Positions 11,404-23,175 of a stretch of DNA of 48,978 nt are shown here, piece by piece. The notes under the pieces were generated by a model. The model searched no databases. It saw only the letters and a program-made list of their open reading frames with translations, and was not told the origin of the DNA. Both the position numbers and the translations under genes were made by a program. Location of the stretch: the NCBI RefSeq assembly GCF_006345805.1, contig NW_021834387.1, positions 1 through 48,978 of the forward strand, given 5' to 3'. The stretch is from Octopus sinensis. Its lineage: Eukaryota. Every line of letters starts with the position of its first letter. The stretch's first letter is position 1.

Positions 11404-12267
11404 CATACATGTGTGTGCAAATGTATGTTTATTAGTTTTTCCTTTCTTTTTCATTAGAAATAATCAGTTTGCCTCAGGTCAGTTTTATTTATTCTTTCGT
11501 TGGTAAAGTTGAAGCTTATTGAAATAAAAGTTTATCACATCTTCTCTCGTTTCAAATGTATACGAGTATGTGTGTATAGATATACATATATTTAAGTATA
11601 TGTGTGTGTATCTGTATACATGTTGACTAACACATATATATGTGTGTATTTGTGCATGTATATTTTTACATACATGTATATACATATATGTGTGTGTATG
11701 TATGTGAATGTGTGCGCGCGCATACGTATGTACATATCTGTGTGTGCGTGTGTGTGTGTGTGTAGTATATGTATATAATGCGCATATATACATACATATA
11801 CATACATATATATATATACATACATATATATATACATATATATATTCACACACATATAGATACATATTTATATATATATACATATATACATCGTATGTGT
11901 GTGTATGTGTGTGTGTGTGTGTTTAGTATATGTATATAATGCGCATATATACATACATATACATACATATATATACATACACATATATATATACATATAT
12001 ATATATACATATATATATTGACACGCATATAGATACATATTTATATATATACATATATACATATATACATCGTATGTGTGTGTGTGTGTGCGTGTGTGTG
12101 TGTGTAAATCATGTGTGTCTATGTATGTATATTTATATAGCTAGAATAAAATGTTTGGAATATAGTTCAGAAGTATTGCTGTCACAAATGAAATGATTTA
12201 AGAAAACCAAACTGTACGGAATTATATTACAATATATTTTACCCATTTCCTATAATAAACTGTTTAT

Positions 12268-12308
12268 GTAGCTGATATTTCGGTCAAAAATGACCTATTC
12301 TTAGCTAC
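12268..12308 (-). ncRNA. Hammerhead helical frame with decayed core
   Basis: Minus strand: GTAGCT-AAGAATA-GGTCA-TTTT-TGACC-GAAA-TATC-AGCTAC. All stems and spacing fit; the 7-nt junction has 3 substitutions from CUGANGA. Confidence 0.45.
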
Positions 12309-13324
12309 AAAATTATTATACGACGTCAGATGTTTTGGGGTTTTTGTTCTGCGATTAAAAAAATTTTCAGGGTAAGTGTTTAGAATGAGCTGACTGCTAT
12401 TTCTAGCTGATCGTTGACTATTTGTGTTATAGTAGTGATTTAGCTGTAATTCAATTCTGAACGATTAGACATCTGATAAAAACTATTCCAGTCGTGGCCA
12501 CCCGGCTCTTTTTATGCGTGTTTATAGCTCTGGCTATATTACCTAATGTATCCCTTTAGTTATTTATTTATGACGGTACAGCGTGAACCGAGAGGGTTTT
12601 GGGCTTCTTTTTCGAACATGCTGAGTAACCACATAGAGGAGGAATTGACTCGCGTTATTGTTGCTGTAATTTTGCGGTGGCATTGTTGGTGATAACCATT
12701 GATTGTTGTGATGTGTGCTGAAGATGTTGTTGTTGTTGTTGTTGTTGTTGTGGAACCCCCAAAACATTCTTGATTCATTCTGGCCGACCTGACCTAAGTA
12801 AGATTACAAGTGTTCTAGACACGATCATCCTATCTTCTTTTCATATCTAGTGCATCTTGGAATATATAATCCAACACGTCCTTCACTTTTTGTCAAAGAC
12901 TATAAAAGTCTGATCTGCTTATGATTTAGCTGCTATTTCTATACAGTTGAGTAACGATATAGAGCAAGCATGGGGCGACCTTCTTGGAAAAGCAGGCAGT
13001 GGTTAATCATTAAGAATGGACTACTAAAATAATTCAATTTAATTTTTCGTTGGCATTCCGTTCAAAAACAAAATCTCGCCGGCTGCAATTTATCCATAAT
13101 CGATGCAGAGAAAGGGCCGGGATCTTTTTCATTTTTTTCTTCTTAGCTATAATCCAAAAATCTGTTCTTGTAAAATACTGAATTAATCTTAGACTTCAAA
13201 GTACTCCAGATGTCAAAGTGCTTCAAACTTCAAAGTATCCAAGACTTTAAAATGGATAAAAACACATGAAGTGATTTTTAAAGTCTAATTATTGGATCAA
13301 TTAACAAATAAATGCATTTTTGAA

Positions 13325-13722
13325 ATGGCATGACAGTATGGTAAGAAGATTGCTTCCCAACTACATGGTTCCGGTCTCAGCCCCACTGCGTGGCATCTTG
13401 GTCAGTTGTCTTTTACTATAGCCTCGGGCTGACCATAGCCTTGTGAGTGGATTTAATAAGCAGAAACTAAAGGAAGCCCGTCATCTATATGTGTGTATAT
13501 GTGTGTTTCTGCCTCCACCACCACCACCACCACCACCACCACCACCATCGCTTGACAATCAATGTTGATTTGCTCACATTCCCGTAACTTAGCGGTTGGA
13601 TAAAAGAGGGTGACCAAAAAACAGGCTTTAAAACATTGTGAGGTCGGTTTAATCGACTAAACTCTTCAATGCTGTGCCCCAACATGGCCGCAATCCATTT
13701 GACTACAACAAGTAAAAGAAAA
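13325..13722 (+). mobile_element. SINE family A, diverged
   Basis: catggttccggtctcagccccactgcgtggc left part, (CCA)n linker, catggccgcaatccatttgactacaacaagtaaaag end. Confidence 0.85.
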
Positions 13723-13858
13723 ATGAAAGGTATTGTGACTGAAGAAATAGCACAAAATGAAAATTAATTTTAAAACGAGATCGAAAAAATGAAAAATTTT
13801 TATTATTATTATTATTATTATATTATTGTTGTTGTTGTTGTTGTTGTTTTTTGCCCAT

Positions 13859-13943
13859 GGGCATATGGCGTAGTGGTTAAGAGCGCAGTCTACTTACCCT
13901 AAGTTTCCGCGTTCGATTCCAGGCCGTGACCTGAATAATAATC

Positions 13944-13983
<40 letters not shown>

Positions 13984-14170
13984 CAACAACAACATCGAAA
14001 AATACCTTAGGAATGAGAATCGAGGTTAAAAATTTCCCCAAGACACCTGATGAAGGCTGGAGGATATATCAGCCGAAACGTTGTGTTAACAAAAAAGAAG
14101 ATGAGGGCAAATATCCATCAAATGTAAATAATGTACATAATTCCTCATCTCTTAAATATAGAACTGTATC
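13859..14170 (+). mobile_element. tRNA-headed SINE, family C, containing a hammerhead ribozyme
   Basis: A-box TGGCGTAGTGG 13866-13876, B-box GTTCGATTCC 13911-13920, (AAT)n linker, body shared with 9322-9467. No TTTT until 14241. Confidence 0.85.
14042..14087 (+). ncRNA. Minimal type I hammerhead (palindromic helix III), GUU triplet
   Basis: GACAC-CTGATGA-A-GGCTG(10-nt loop)CAGCC-GAAA-CG-TT-GTGTT. Confidence 0.7.
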
Positions 14171-14397
14171 AAATATCTCTTTAAAAATTGTTATTAGGGT
14201 ACATGAAAAGAAAGTAAAGAAGAAATTGTATAGTGATTGGTTTTTGAAACAAGATCGAATAATGATTGGGTCAGATAATAAAGTAACAAAGAGTCTTTAA
14301 ACTTTCTTGGAACAGTTTACATCTAGGGTTTTTTTTCTATCTACGTTGGGTAAACTAAGCTGTCGATTTGAGTTTCCAATTGCCATTAGATGTTGTG

Positions 14398-14900
14398 AGA
14401 TTAAGTCGATTACATCGACCCCAGGGTGTAACTGGTACTTAAATTATCGACCCCGAAAGGATGAAAGGCAAAGTCGACCTCGGCGACGAAATACATATTT
14501 CTTTACTACCCACAAGGGGCTAAACACAGAAGGGACAAACAATGACAGACAAACGGACTAAGTCGAAAATATCGATCCCCAGTGCGTAACTGGTACTTAT
14601 TTAATCGACTCCGAAAGGATGAAAGGCAAAGTCGACCTCGGCGGAATTTTAACTCAGAACGTAGCGGCAGACGAAATACCTATTTCTTTACTACCCACAA
14701 GGGGCTGAACACAGTGAGGACAAACAAGGACAGACACACGGATTAAGTCGATTATATCGACCCCAGTGCGTAACTGGTACTTATTTAATCGACCCCGAAA
14801 GGAAGAAAGGCAAAGTCGACCTCGGCGGAATTTGAACTCAGAACGTAGCGGCAGAGGAAATACCGCTAAGCATTTCGCCCGGCGTCCTAACGATTCTGCC
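14398..14900 (-). mobile_element. SINE family B with three tandem 3' modules
   Basis: gtcgacctcggcg recurs at 14473, 14631 and 14815; a single A-box head lies at the 14900 end. Confidence 0.92.
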
Positions 14901-15059
14901 ATCGAGACGGTTCTGAAAATATGTCTGTCATGTTACATGTATTTATTACCCACCAAATACTTTAAAACTTAATTCCGTTTACGATAAAAAGAAATTACTC
15001 TTGTCCTTTGATCCTTCGCGTAGAAAGAGACATCCGCATTGTTGATTCGATTGGTGGTT

Positions 15060-15088
15060 TGCAGCAGTAGGAGCAGCAGCTGCAACAT

Positions 15089-15180
<92 letters not shown>

Positions 15181-15875
15181 ATGGATGGATGGATGGATGG
15201 GAGGAAGGATGTATGGATGGATGGATGGATGGATGGATGGATGGATGGATGGCCGGACGGACGGACGGACGGATGGATGGATGGATGGATAGATAGATGG
15301 GTGAGTGGGTGGAAGGATGTATGTATGTATGTATGTATGGATGGATGGATGGATGGATGGATGGCCGGACGGATGGATGGATGGATGGATGGATGGATGG
15401 ATTGACGGATGGATGGATAGCTGGGTGGGTGGGTGGAAGGATGTATGTATGTATGGATGGATGTATGGATGGATGGAGGACGGATGGATGGATGGATGAA
15501 TGGATGGATAGATGGGCGGGTGGGTGGATGGATGGATGGATGGATGGATAGATGGGCGGGTGGGTGGATGGATGGATGGATGGAAGGAAGGATGTATGGA
15601 TGTATGGATGGGTGGGTGCTTGCTTACTTGCTTACCTGCTTACCTGCTTGCTTGCTTACTTACTTACATACTTACATACAAACATACATACATACATACC
15701 TACATACATACATATCTACGTACCTACGTACGTATATACATACATACCTACCTACCTACATACATACAAACATACAAACATACATACATACATACATACA
15801 TACATACATACATACATACATACATACATACATACATACATACATACATACATACATACATACATACATACATAC
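15060..15875. repeat. (CAG)n/(TAG)n/(GGAT)n/(CATA)n compound microsatellite
   Basis: Direct reading. Confidence 0.95.
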
Positions 15876-16189
15876 GATTATATACAAAGTTCTGTCCGGT
15901 TTTCAATATTTATTTAAAAGTGCAAACATGATATTTAATACTGAAACTATATTATCTTTCTAATTTTCTTCCTTTTATGTTATTTCTCTCCATCTGTTTG
16001 TCAGTTTTTGAATATCCTATTCGAAATTTTCTTTTTAATTAAAATACATATTTTATTAATTTTCTATATCTTTCCTACAAACCATACTTTCCCCGTCTAA
16101 ATGGTTTTGGGAAGTTATGGAAGTTTGTTTCAAGTACATCTGGAGAATATGGAAGGTGCTTCCGCATTTTCTTCTTTCTTTTTATTTTT

Positions 16190-17030
16190 TACATCTGTCT
16201 TTCCAGAACATTTTTAGTGACTTGTGCAGTGTGAAGTAAAGCATTATCTTGATTGAAGAGACCCTCTCTTACGGTGTATTATTTCAAACAATATTGCTAG
16301 CAGTAGACTTCGGAAATGATTATATGGTTCGGCCCTACAAAAACTCAAAAAGACTAATTTCTTCCAGGTGCCAAATAAAATTATATTCGGGGAAAATTCT
16401 ACCTCCCCCAACTCATAAATGTGGTTCATGTTTATGGTTTGGACTTAGCTCGGTCGTGCCCGTTGGTAGCTCTGCCAGACTTATCCTAGATTTCTGGATG
16501 TTGTGCATAGTAACTTCCAGGCCGAGAATCCTCCGGAGCAAACCAGCTATCTCGTCCTGTTTTCCCGAGAATGCCATATATCTTAACTACCACTATCCGT
16601 CTATATATTGCATAAAGTGGAACTTCCACCGACCTCATTGCTTGGCTGGTAGCGGGCTGTGAGCACCTGACTGCATTCCGGATGCCAGGCACCAAGTCGT
16701 GGTCTATTCTTGACTCAGGACTGCAGCTCTTCCGAAAAGATTAGCTGCAGAAAAATGTGCCTGGCAGTCGGAGACCATACCTCCTCACCTTCCAGAGAAC
16801 TCAGAGTGTAGCGCAGCTTCAACATGTGCAACGGCCATGGCATGTCAAATCCAGCGTCCAGAAGGTGCTGGCAACAGATGGAGCACTTGACCAGTGAACC
16901 ATGTCCCACCCACAAGAAGTGGAAGAGCAGACGCTTCATTCCGGTCAGACGAGAGGTAGGGTAATGCAAGGCGATCATTATGACGGGGGCAATGTAGGCA
17001 TTTGACACCTTTGCTCAACTTTACAGTAAT
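16190..17030 (-). mobile_element. L1/Tx1-like LINE ORF2 C-terminal fragment, decayed
   Basis: KRLLFHFLWVGHGSLVKCSICCQHLLDAGFDMPW matches the Tx1/L1 post-RT motif LF.FLW.G...V....C.Q....GGLGMP; stops and frameshifts follow. Confidence 0.75.
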
Positions 17031-17619
17031 AACTTCAGTAATTAGCCTCAATGATTTATTTATTGCTCATTATTTTGTTGTTTTGTTTTGTTTTAAATAT
17101 TTTCGTTGTTCAACACAAATGGACAAAACTTACATCGTTCTTGTATTTCGTTTGCAAGCTTCTTGATGTGAATGAAATAAATCTTGTGTCTCGGAAAGAG
17201 TTTTATGCCAATAAAAATTAAAGCAAATATGCACACTAGTTCAATACCACCTCTTTGTTTTACCAACTAGGTATTCAAATTGTTTGTTTAATGTGTTGAC
17301 TGAACAACACGGAGGATCAAAGCAGACCTTGAAGAGTACGGTCCTGTCCTTGATGAAACCGTGAATAGGGACAAAGGACTATGGCAGAAAAAACTAACAG
17401 CTGATTGTTCAATTAGCACAATAAAAAAAAGCTATTGAATGGTTGGTCAAATAAAAAAGTGGTATTGAACCAATGCGTGTTTATTTTAATTTTTATTGGT
17501 ATACTAACCCTCTCTAGACACAACAAAACTTACATTTTTCTTATTTTTTCATATTCCTTTACCTTTTTAACTTGTTATTTTTCTCTCCTTCCGCTTATCT
17601 TGCTTTTCTCATTAAGACG

Positions 17620-17910
17620 CTTCTTCTTCTTCTTCTTCTTCTTCTTCTTCTTCTTCTTCTTCTTCTTCTTCTTCTTCTTCTCCTTCTCCTTCTCCTTCTT
17701 CTTCTTCTTTTCCTTCTTCTTCTTCTTCTTCTCCTTCTTCTTCTTCTTCTTCTCCTTCTCCTTCTCCTTCTTCTTCTTCTTCTCCTTCTCCTTCTCCTTC
17801 TTCTTCTTCTTCTCCTTCTTCTCCTCCTCCTCCTTCTTCTTCTCCTCCTCCTCCTCCTCCTTCTTCTTCTTCTTCTTCCTCCTCCTCCTCCTCTTCTTCT
17901 TCTCTTCCTC
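17620..17910. repeat. (CTT)n/(CCT)n polypyrimidine tract
   Basis: Direct reading. Confidence 0.95.
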
Positions 17911-18716
17911 CTTTGCATTCTGTTTTCCTTATTTTCTACTTCCAACTCCTCTAAGTCTCTTTCCCTTCTGATGACGGACACGAGAAATAAGCTTCGTAGC
18001 TGTAACAGTTCACCACGAAATGCATTTTGAAAAAGAGCAGACGTGAATTGTTTAGTAGCTGTTATTGTTGGAAGTATATAAACACGTCCATCAGGATCGA
18101 TGTGACTGGTAAATAGACTGGGGCAGGAGGGCTCGTGTCTGGTAATTCTTTGAATGACGCAAAGAAGCCTCAAGTATTCCTGTCTTATTTGAAACGGTCG
18201 TCTGTGAAACAAACACACAAAAAAATGAGGCAAAGTCGCTGTTGCTTTAGACAGCCGTCATGCGTTCGTTACTTGACAAACAAGTAGATGTTTGTAGGTC
18301 TGATGTGGGCGACATGACGAAAAACATGGTGAAAAGTGGTTGAGACTGTTTAAAAGGAGAGTGTCTCATAAATCCTAACTATCTGACATTTGACCTACGG
18401 CATACCATTTGTGATATTTTCGGAGCTTAAAACTTAAGTGGATTCTCTTCCTAAAAGACTGTAAAGTGTTTATTCGAAGGAAGATCGGCGACTATAGAGA
18501 GAAGGTCGAACGAGCGATGGGGTATTCTGGTCCCACACCCGATGAATTAAATACAAGAAATTATTGAGATAAAATTCTGTTTCTATGAATCATAAGTATT
18601 TGTGAGGTCAGTGATTAATCTTATCTTATACAACATTAAGCGTAAGATAGATTCTCTTTATCTCCCTCACTTTCTTTCCCCATACGCGCGAAAAAACGTG
18701 TATGTATATATACATA

Positions 18717-18929
18717 CAGAGTGGCCCAAAAGTAGGGTTTTTTTTTCTTTTAAAAGATTTTATTACATTTAAATTTCTATTTTACAAATTGAAAAGGGAG
18801 CTTGATAAAATTAATTAATTAGCATAGATTAATGGTTTCATGTTTTTTTTTCATAATTATCTAAATTGTCAATATATGAATGCGAAAGAGATTGTTGAAT
18901 AACTGGAAAGCTACTTTTGAGCCACCCTG
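18717..18929. mobile_element. Tc1/mariner-type MITE (213 bp)
   Basis: 19-bp TIRs cagagtggcccaaaagtag / ctacttttgagccaccctg (2 mismatches), TA on both sides. Confidence 0.85.
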
Positions 18930-18937
18930 TATATATA

Positions 18938-19228
18938 TGGCCAGTGGTTAGGGCAGTGAACTCGCAGTTATAGGATCGCGGTTTCGATTCCCAGACCGGG
19001 CGTTGTGAGTGTTTATTTTGAGCAAAAACACCTAAAGCTCCACGCGGCTCCGGCAGGGGTGGTGGCGATCCCTGCTGTACTCTTTCGCCACAACTTTCTC
19101 TCACTCTTTCTTCTGTTGGCCTGCTCGCTTAGCCAGCGGGGTGGCGTCATTTTAAGGCTAAAACAATGCGAAGCGCATTGTGACCAGCGATGTGTAACAA
19201 CATCTAATAGCCTGGTCGGTCACGGTGG
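18938..19228 (+). mobile_element. tRNA-derived SINE, family E, 5'-truncated, tail variant 1
   Basis: ggccagtggttagggcag, ggtttcgattccc, aacacctaaagctccacgcggctccggca; homologous to 37768-37945. Confidence 0.85.
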
Positions 19229-19487
19229 TGATATATATATATTCTTTCTTTTATTCTTTTACTTGTTTCAGTCTTCAGTCATTTCATACACTAGAGTGGA
19301 CGAAAGCGCTAATATAGGATATATGATTTATAAAAACATGTAACATGCTCATAAATATCTGTAAATATAAAACCATCCAGATTTCTGAGTACCTCATTTC
19401 TTCTAATACATAATACCTGTACATCATCTCCAAACCTTTGGGGGTTGTGTTGAACGAAGGGGAAGAGTTTTTTGTTTTAGGTTATTA

Positions 19488-19642
19488 AATGGCTATGTGG
19501 TAAGACGATTGGTTGGCAACAACGTGGTTTCGGATTCAGTTCCACTACGCGACACCTTAGATGTATGTATTCGACTATAGTCCCTAGCCGACCTATACCT
19601 TATGAGTGAATTTGGTACAATGAAACTGTGCGGAAGCCAGTT

Positions 19643-19687
<45 letters not shown>

Positions 19688-20205
19688 ATATATATACCAG
19701 GTGGTGCTATTAAGTTGGACATGGCCTGGGCCAATAATGGCCGAAACCTATCAAAGTATCAAAGTATATATATATATATATATATTTATATGTATATATT
19801 TATATGTATATATATATTTTTTTTTCAACAATATTAAGGAATGGCCCTGATAGGCCATTCGACCCACTAGAAAGAGCAGCCAAACTCAAACCGCTAAATA
19901 GTTGTAATTCTGAAACCAAAGGAGAAATAAAAACATTTACCCTTATCATCTTTGGACTATGCATAGTTTCGACACTTTGCTAAACCAATTTAATTAAATT
20001 AGATTAAATTTGTTTACATCTGGCCTGTCTCGTCAGCAAAGAAGCCAAGGAAAATATATATCTCCACGAGGCGACACCAGCGACGCCTCGAGTCTATATA
20101 CTCTAAATTTTCAAAATCCACCGTCACCGCGCTATTTTCTCGGCAGCAAATATAAACTGCTGATATAATTTCAAAATTAGCCATATATATATATATGTGT
20201 ATATG

Positions 20206-20254
<49 letters not shown>

Positions 20255-20510
20255 GTATGTATGTATGCATGTATGCATGCACGTGTCTTTGTATCTGTGT
20301 TTACTCCACACCACTACCACTTGGTAACCGGTGTTTGTTTACATCCCCATAACATAGTAGTTCGGCAAAAAGTCACCGATAGAATAAGTAAATGCCAGAC
20401 GTAGAGAGAATAAATAAGTTTGAGATGGGGGTTAATTTGTTCGAATGAACCGTTCGAAGTGGTGCCCTAGCATGGCCGAAGTCCAATGACTAAAACAAAT
20501 AAAATAAAAG
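19488..20510 (+). mobile_element. Old SINE family A split by insertions into its central microsatellite
   Basis: Left part 19488-19650 and right part 20280-20510, separated by about 600 bp of (TA)n-bounded foreign sequence. Confidence 0.65.
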
Positions 20511-20624
20511 CAAAAAAGGTAATAGACGATGCAAATCATTAACATCACACACAGATTTTCCATTTTAATCGGGTACAACAATGCTTTCTGCAAGTTAGAA
20601 GAGCGTTATAGGAAAATCATTTGA

Positions 20625-21210
20625 ATATTCTTTTCTACTCAAGGGACAGGGCCCGAAATTTTGGGGGAGGGGGCTAGTCGATTACATCGACCCCAGTACG
20701 CAACTGGTACTTAATTTATCGACCCCGAAAGGATGAAAGGCAAAGTCGACCTCGGCGGAATTTCAACTCGGAACATAAATACAGACAAAATACCTATTTC
20801 TTTACTACCCACAAGGGGTTAAACACAGAGAGGACAAACAAGGACTGACAAACGGATTAAGTCGATTATATCGACCCCAGTGTGTAACTGGTCCTTAATT
20901 TATCGACCCCGAAAAGATTAAAGGCAAAGTCGACCTCGGCGAAATTTGAACTCAGAACATAGCGGCAGACGATATACCTACTTCTATTTCTTTAATACCC
21001 ACAAGGGGCTAAACACAGAAGGGATAAACAAGGACAGACAAACAGATTAAGTCGAAAATATCGACCCCAGTGCGTAACTGGTACTTAACTTATCGACCCC
21101 GAAAGGATGAAGGACAAAGTCGACGGAATTTGAACTCAGAACGTAACGGCAGACAAAATACGGTTACACATTTCGCCCAGCGTGCTAATGGTTCTGCCAG
21201 CTCACCGCCT
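20625..21210 (-). mobile_element. SINE family B with three tandem modules and mixed tails
   Basis: Core recurs at 20745, 20929 and 21119; one head near 21205; the 3'-most module has the short tail and the others the long tail. Confidence 0.92.
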
Positions 21211-21460
21211 TGAAAATCAGTTGAATATTACTTTGTTAAAGCCAACTCCTGTGTCTACTTTCATTTTGATAATATCGGGTAGCTTTGAATTTGATCATTT
21301 CTTGTGAACTTTTGGCTCAACTGAAATGGGCGACGAAAAATCTGTTGCCGAGACTACGGTTATTTCACCGAAAGGAAAATTTCGTCTCTTCATACCTCTA
21401 ACACAGTGGTTCTCAACCATTTTTTAATATATAGAGACCTTTGATTGCTATTTTACTCTT

Positions 21461-21790
21461 GTGAAGGTGCGTGGCTTAGTGGTTAGAATTTTCGGCTTAT
21501 AATCGTAAGGTCGTGTGTTCGATACTCGGCGGCGCGTTGTGTCTCTGAGCAAGACCCTTTATTTCTCAGTTGCACCAGTCCACTCGGCCGGAAGAAATGA
21601 GTAGTACCTGTTTTCCAAAGCGCCAGCAGTGTTACATTCTGTGTCATGCGGAATCTTCCTCTGAGAACTACTTTAAGATATGCGTGTCTGTGGAGTACTC
21701 AACCGCTAGCACGCTAATTTCATGAGCAGGTTATTCCGTTGATCGGATCAACTAGAACCTTGGTCGTTGCTATCGACGGAGTGAGTTCCA
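21461..21790 (+). mobile_element. SINE family D
   Basis: tggcttagtggttag A-box, gtgttcgatactc B-box, body homologous to 2422-2735. Confidence 0.85.
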
Positions 21791-21978
21791 CGCTATTCTG
21801 GTGAACTCCCACAGCTATTTATTACTTAAAAATTAGTTCTGTTGATACTTTCAAAATTGCCGTTTTGTTTTTCACGCAGAACTCTCAAAGAGAACATGTT
21901 TCAATGGTTGGAAGCATATAAAACATTCGAGAAAGAAAACGTAGCTGTTTTTTTTTTTTTTGAATAAATATATCTATA

Positions 21979-22385
21979 GGCGCAGGAGTGGCTGTGTGGT
22001 AGTAACTTGCTTACCAACCACATGGTTCCGGGTTCAGTCCCACTGCGTGACACCTTGGGCAAGTGTCTTCTACTATAGCCTCGAGCTGACCAAATCCTTG
22101 TGAGTGGATTTGGTAGACGGAAACTGAAAGAAGCCTGTCGTATATATGTATATATATGTATGTGTGTGTGTATATGTTTGTGTCTGTGTTTGCCCCACCC
22201 CCCAACATCACTTGACCACCGATGCTGGTGTGTTTACGACCCCGTCACTTAGCGGTTTGGCAAAAGAGACCGATAGAACAAGTACTAGGCTTAGAAAGAA
22301 TAAGTCCTGGGGCCGATTTGCTCGACTAAAGGTGGTGCTCCAGCATGGCCGCAGTCAAATGACTGAAACAAGTAAAAGAGTAAAG
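21979..22385 (+). mobile_element. SINE family A, full length
   Basis: ggcgcaggagtggctgtgtggt through gactgaaacaagtaaaagag. Confidence 0.92.
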
Positions 22386-22814
22386 TAAATTTTTTTTCTA
22401 CTATGGATCCTCAGATTTTCAACTTTACTTTGCATGAATCCCTAAAAATCTTATATAGACCCCCAAGGGTCTTAAGGAACCCGGTTGAGAATCACTGCAA
22501 CAATTCCAAAGCTTCGGAAACAACTCAGAAAATATTCGTCCTAATACTCATCAAACACTGTTTAGCACTTCAGCTACTCCTGGTTCGTTATCTGTTGTGA
22601 ATTTATATATCAACGAGCATTTTTCTTAAAGTTTATCAACTCATGTTGCTTTAATATGTTTAGTATCACCATATTTTCTACGCACACCCAAAGATTGTGT
22701 TTCCAGCTTTTGCTATATAGACGTCAACACCAGTCCCCCCCCCCACTTCTTGCTATAAAAATAGGGTTGTTGAAGCGGCTAAGAGACACTCATAACACAC
22801 ATACATACATATGA

Positions 22815-22816
22815 TT

Positions 22817-22911
<95 letters not shown>

Positions 22912-22941
22912 TATGTGTGTGTGTGTGTATGTGTGTGTGTG

Positions 22942-23008
<67 letters not shown>

Positions 23009-23038
23009 CAGAGAGAGAGACAGATTGACTGATAGATT

Positions 23039-23099
<61 letters not shown>

Positions 23100-23175
23100 G
23101 CAGACAGGTAGATAGAGTGAGGGAGAGAGACTGAGATAGATAGATAGATAGATAGATAGATATAGAGAGAGATAT
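22815..23175. repeat. (CT)n/(TG)n/(GATA)n microsatellites
   Basis: Direct reading. Confidence 0.95.

Noticed and set aside
17960-18000. CTGATGA...GAAA in unique sequence
   Set aside because: Stems I and III cannot be formed.
19720-19752. CTG-GGCC/GGCC-GAAAC, resembling an HHR with ATGA deleted
   Set aside because: Core incomplete and no stem I partner; kept only as context.
21404-22498. hAT-like ends cagtggttctcaacc ... ggttgagaatcactg as one element
   Set aside because: The 8-bp flanks differ (ctctaaca vs caacaatt), so there is no TSD; probably separate fragments.
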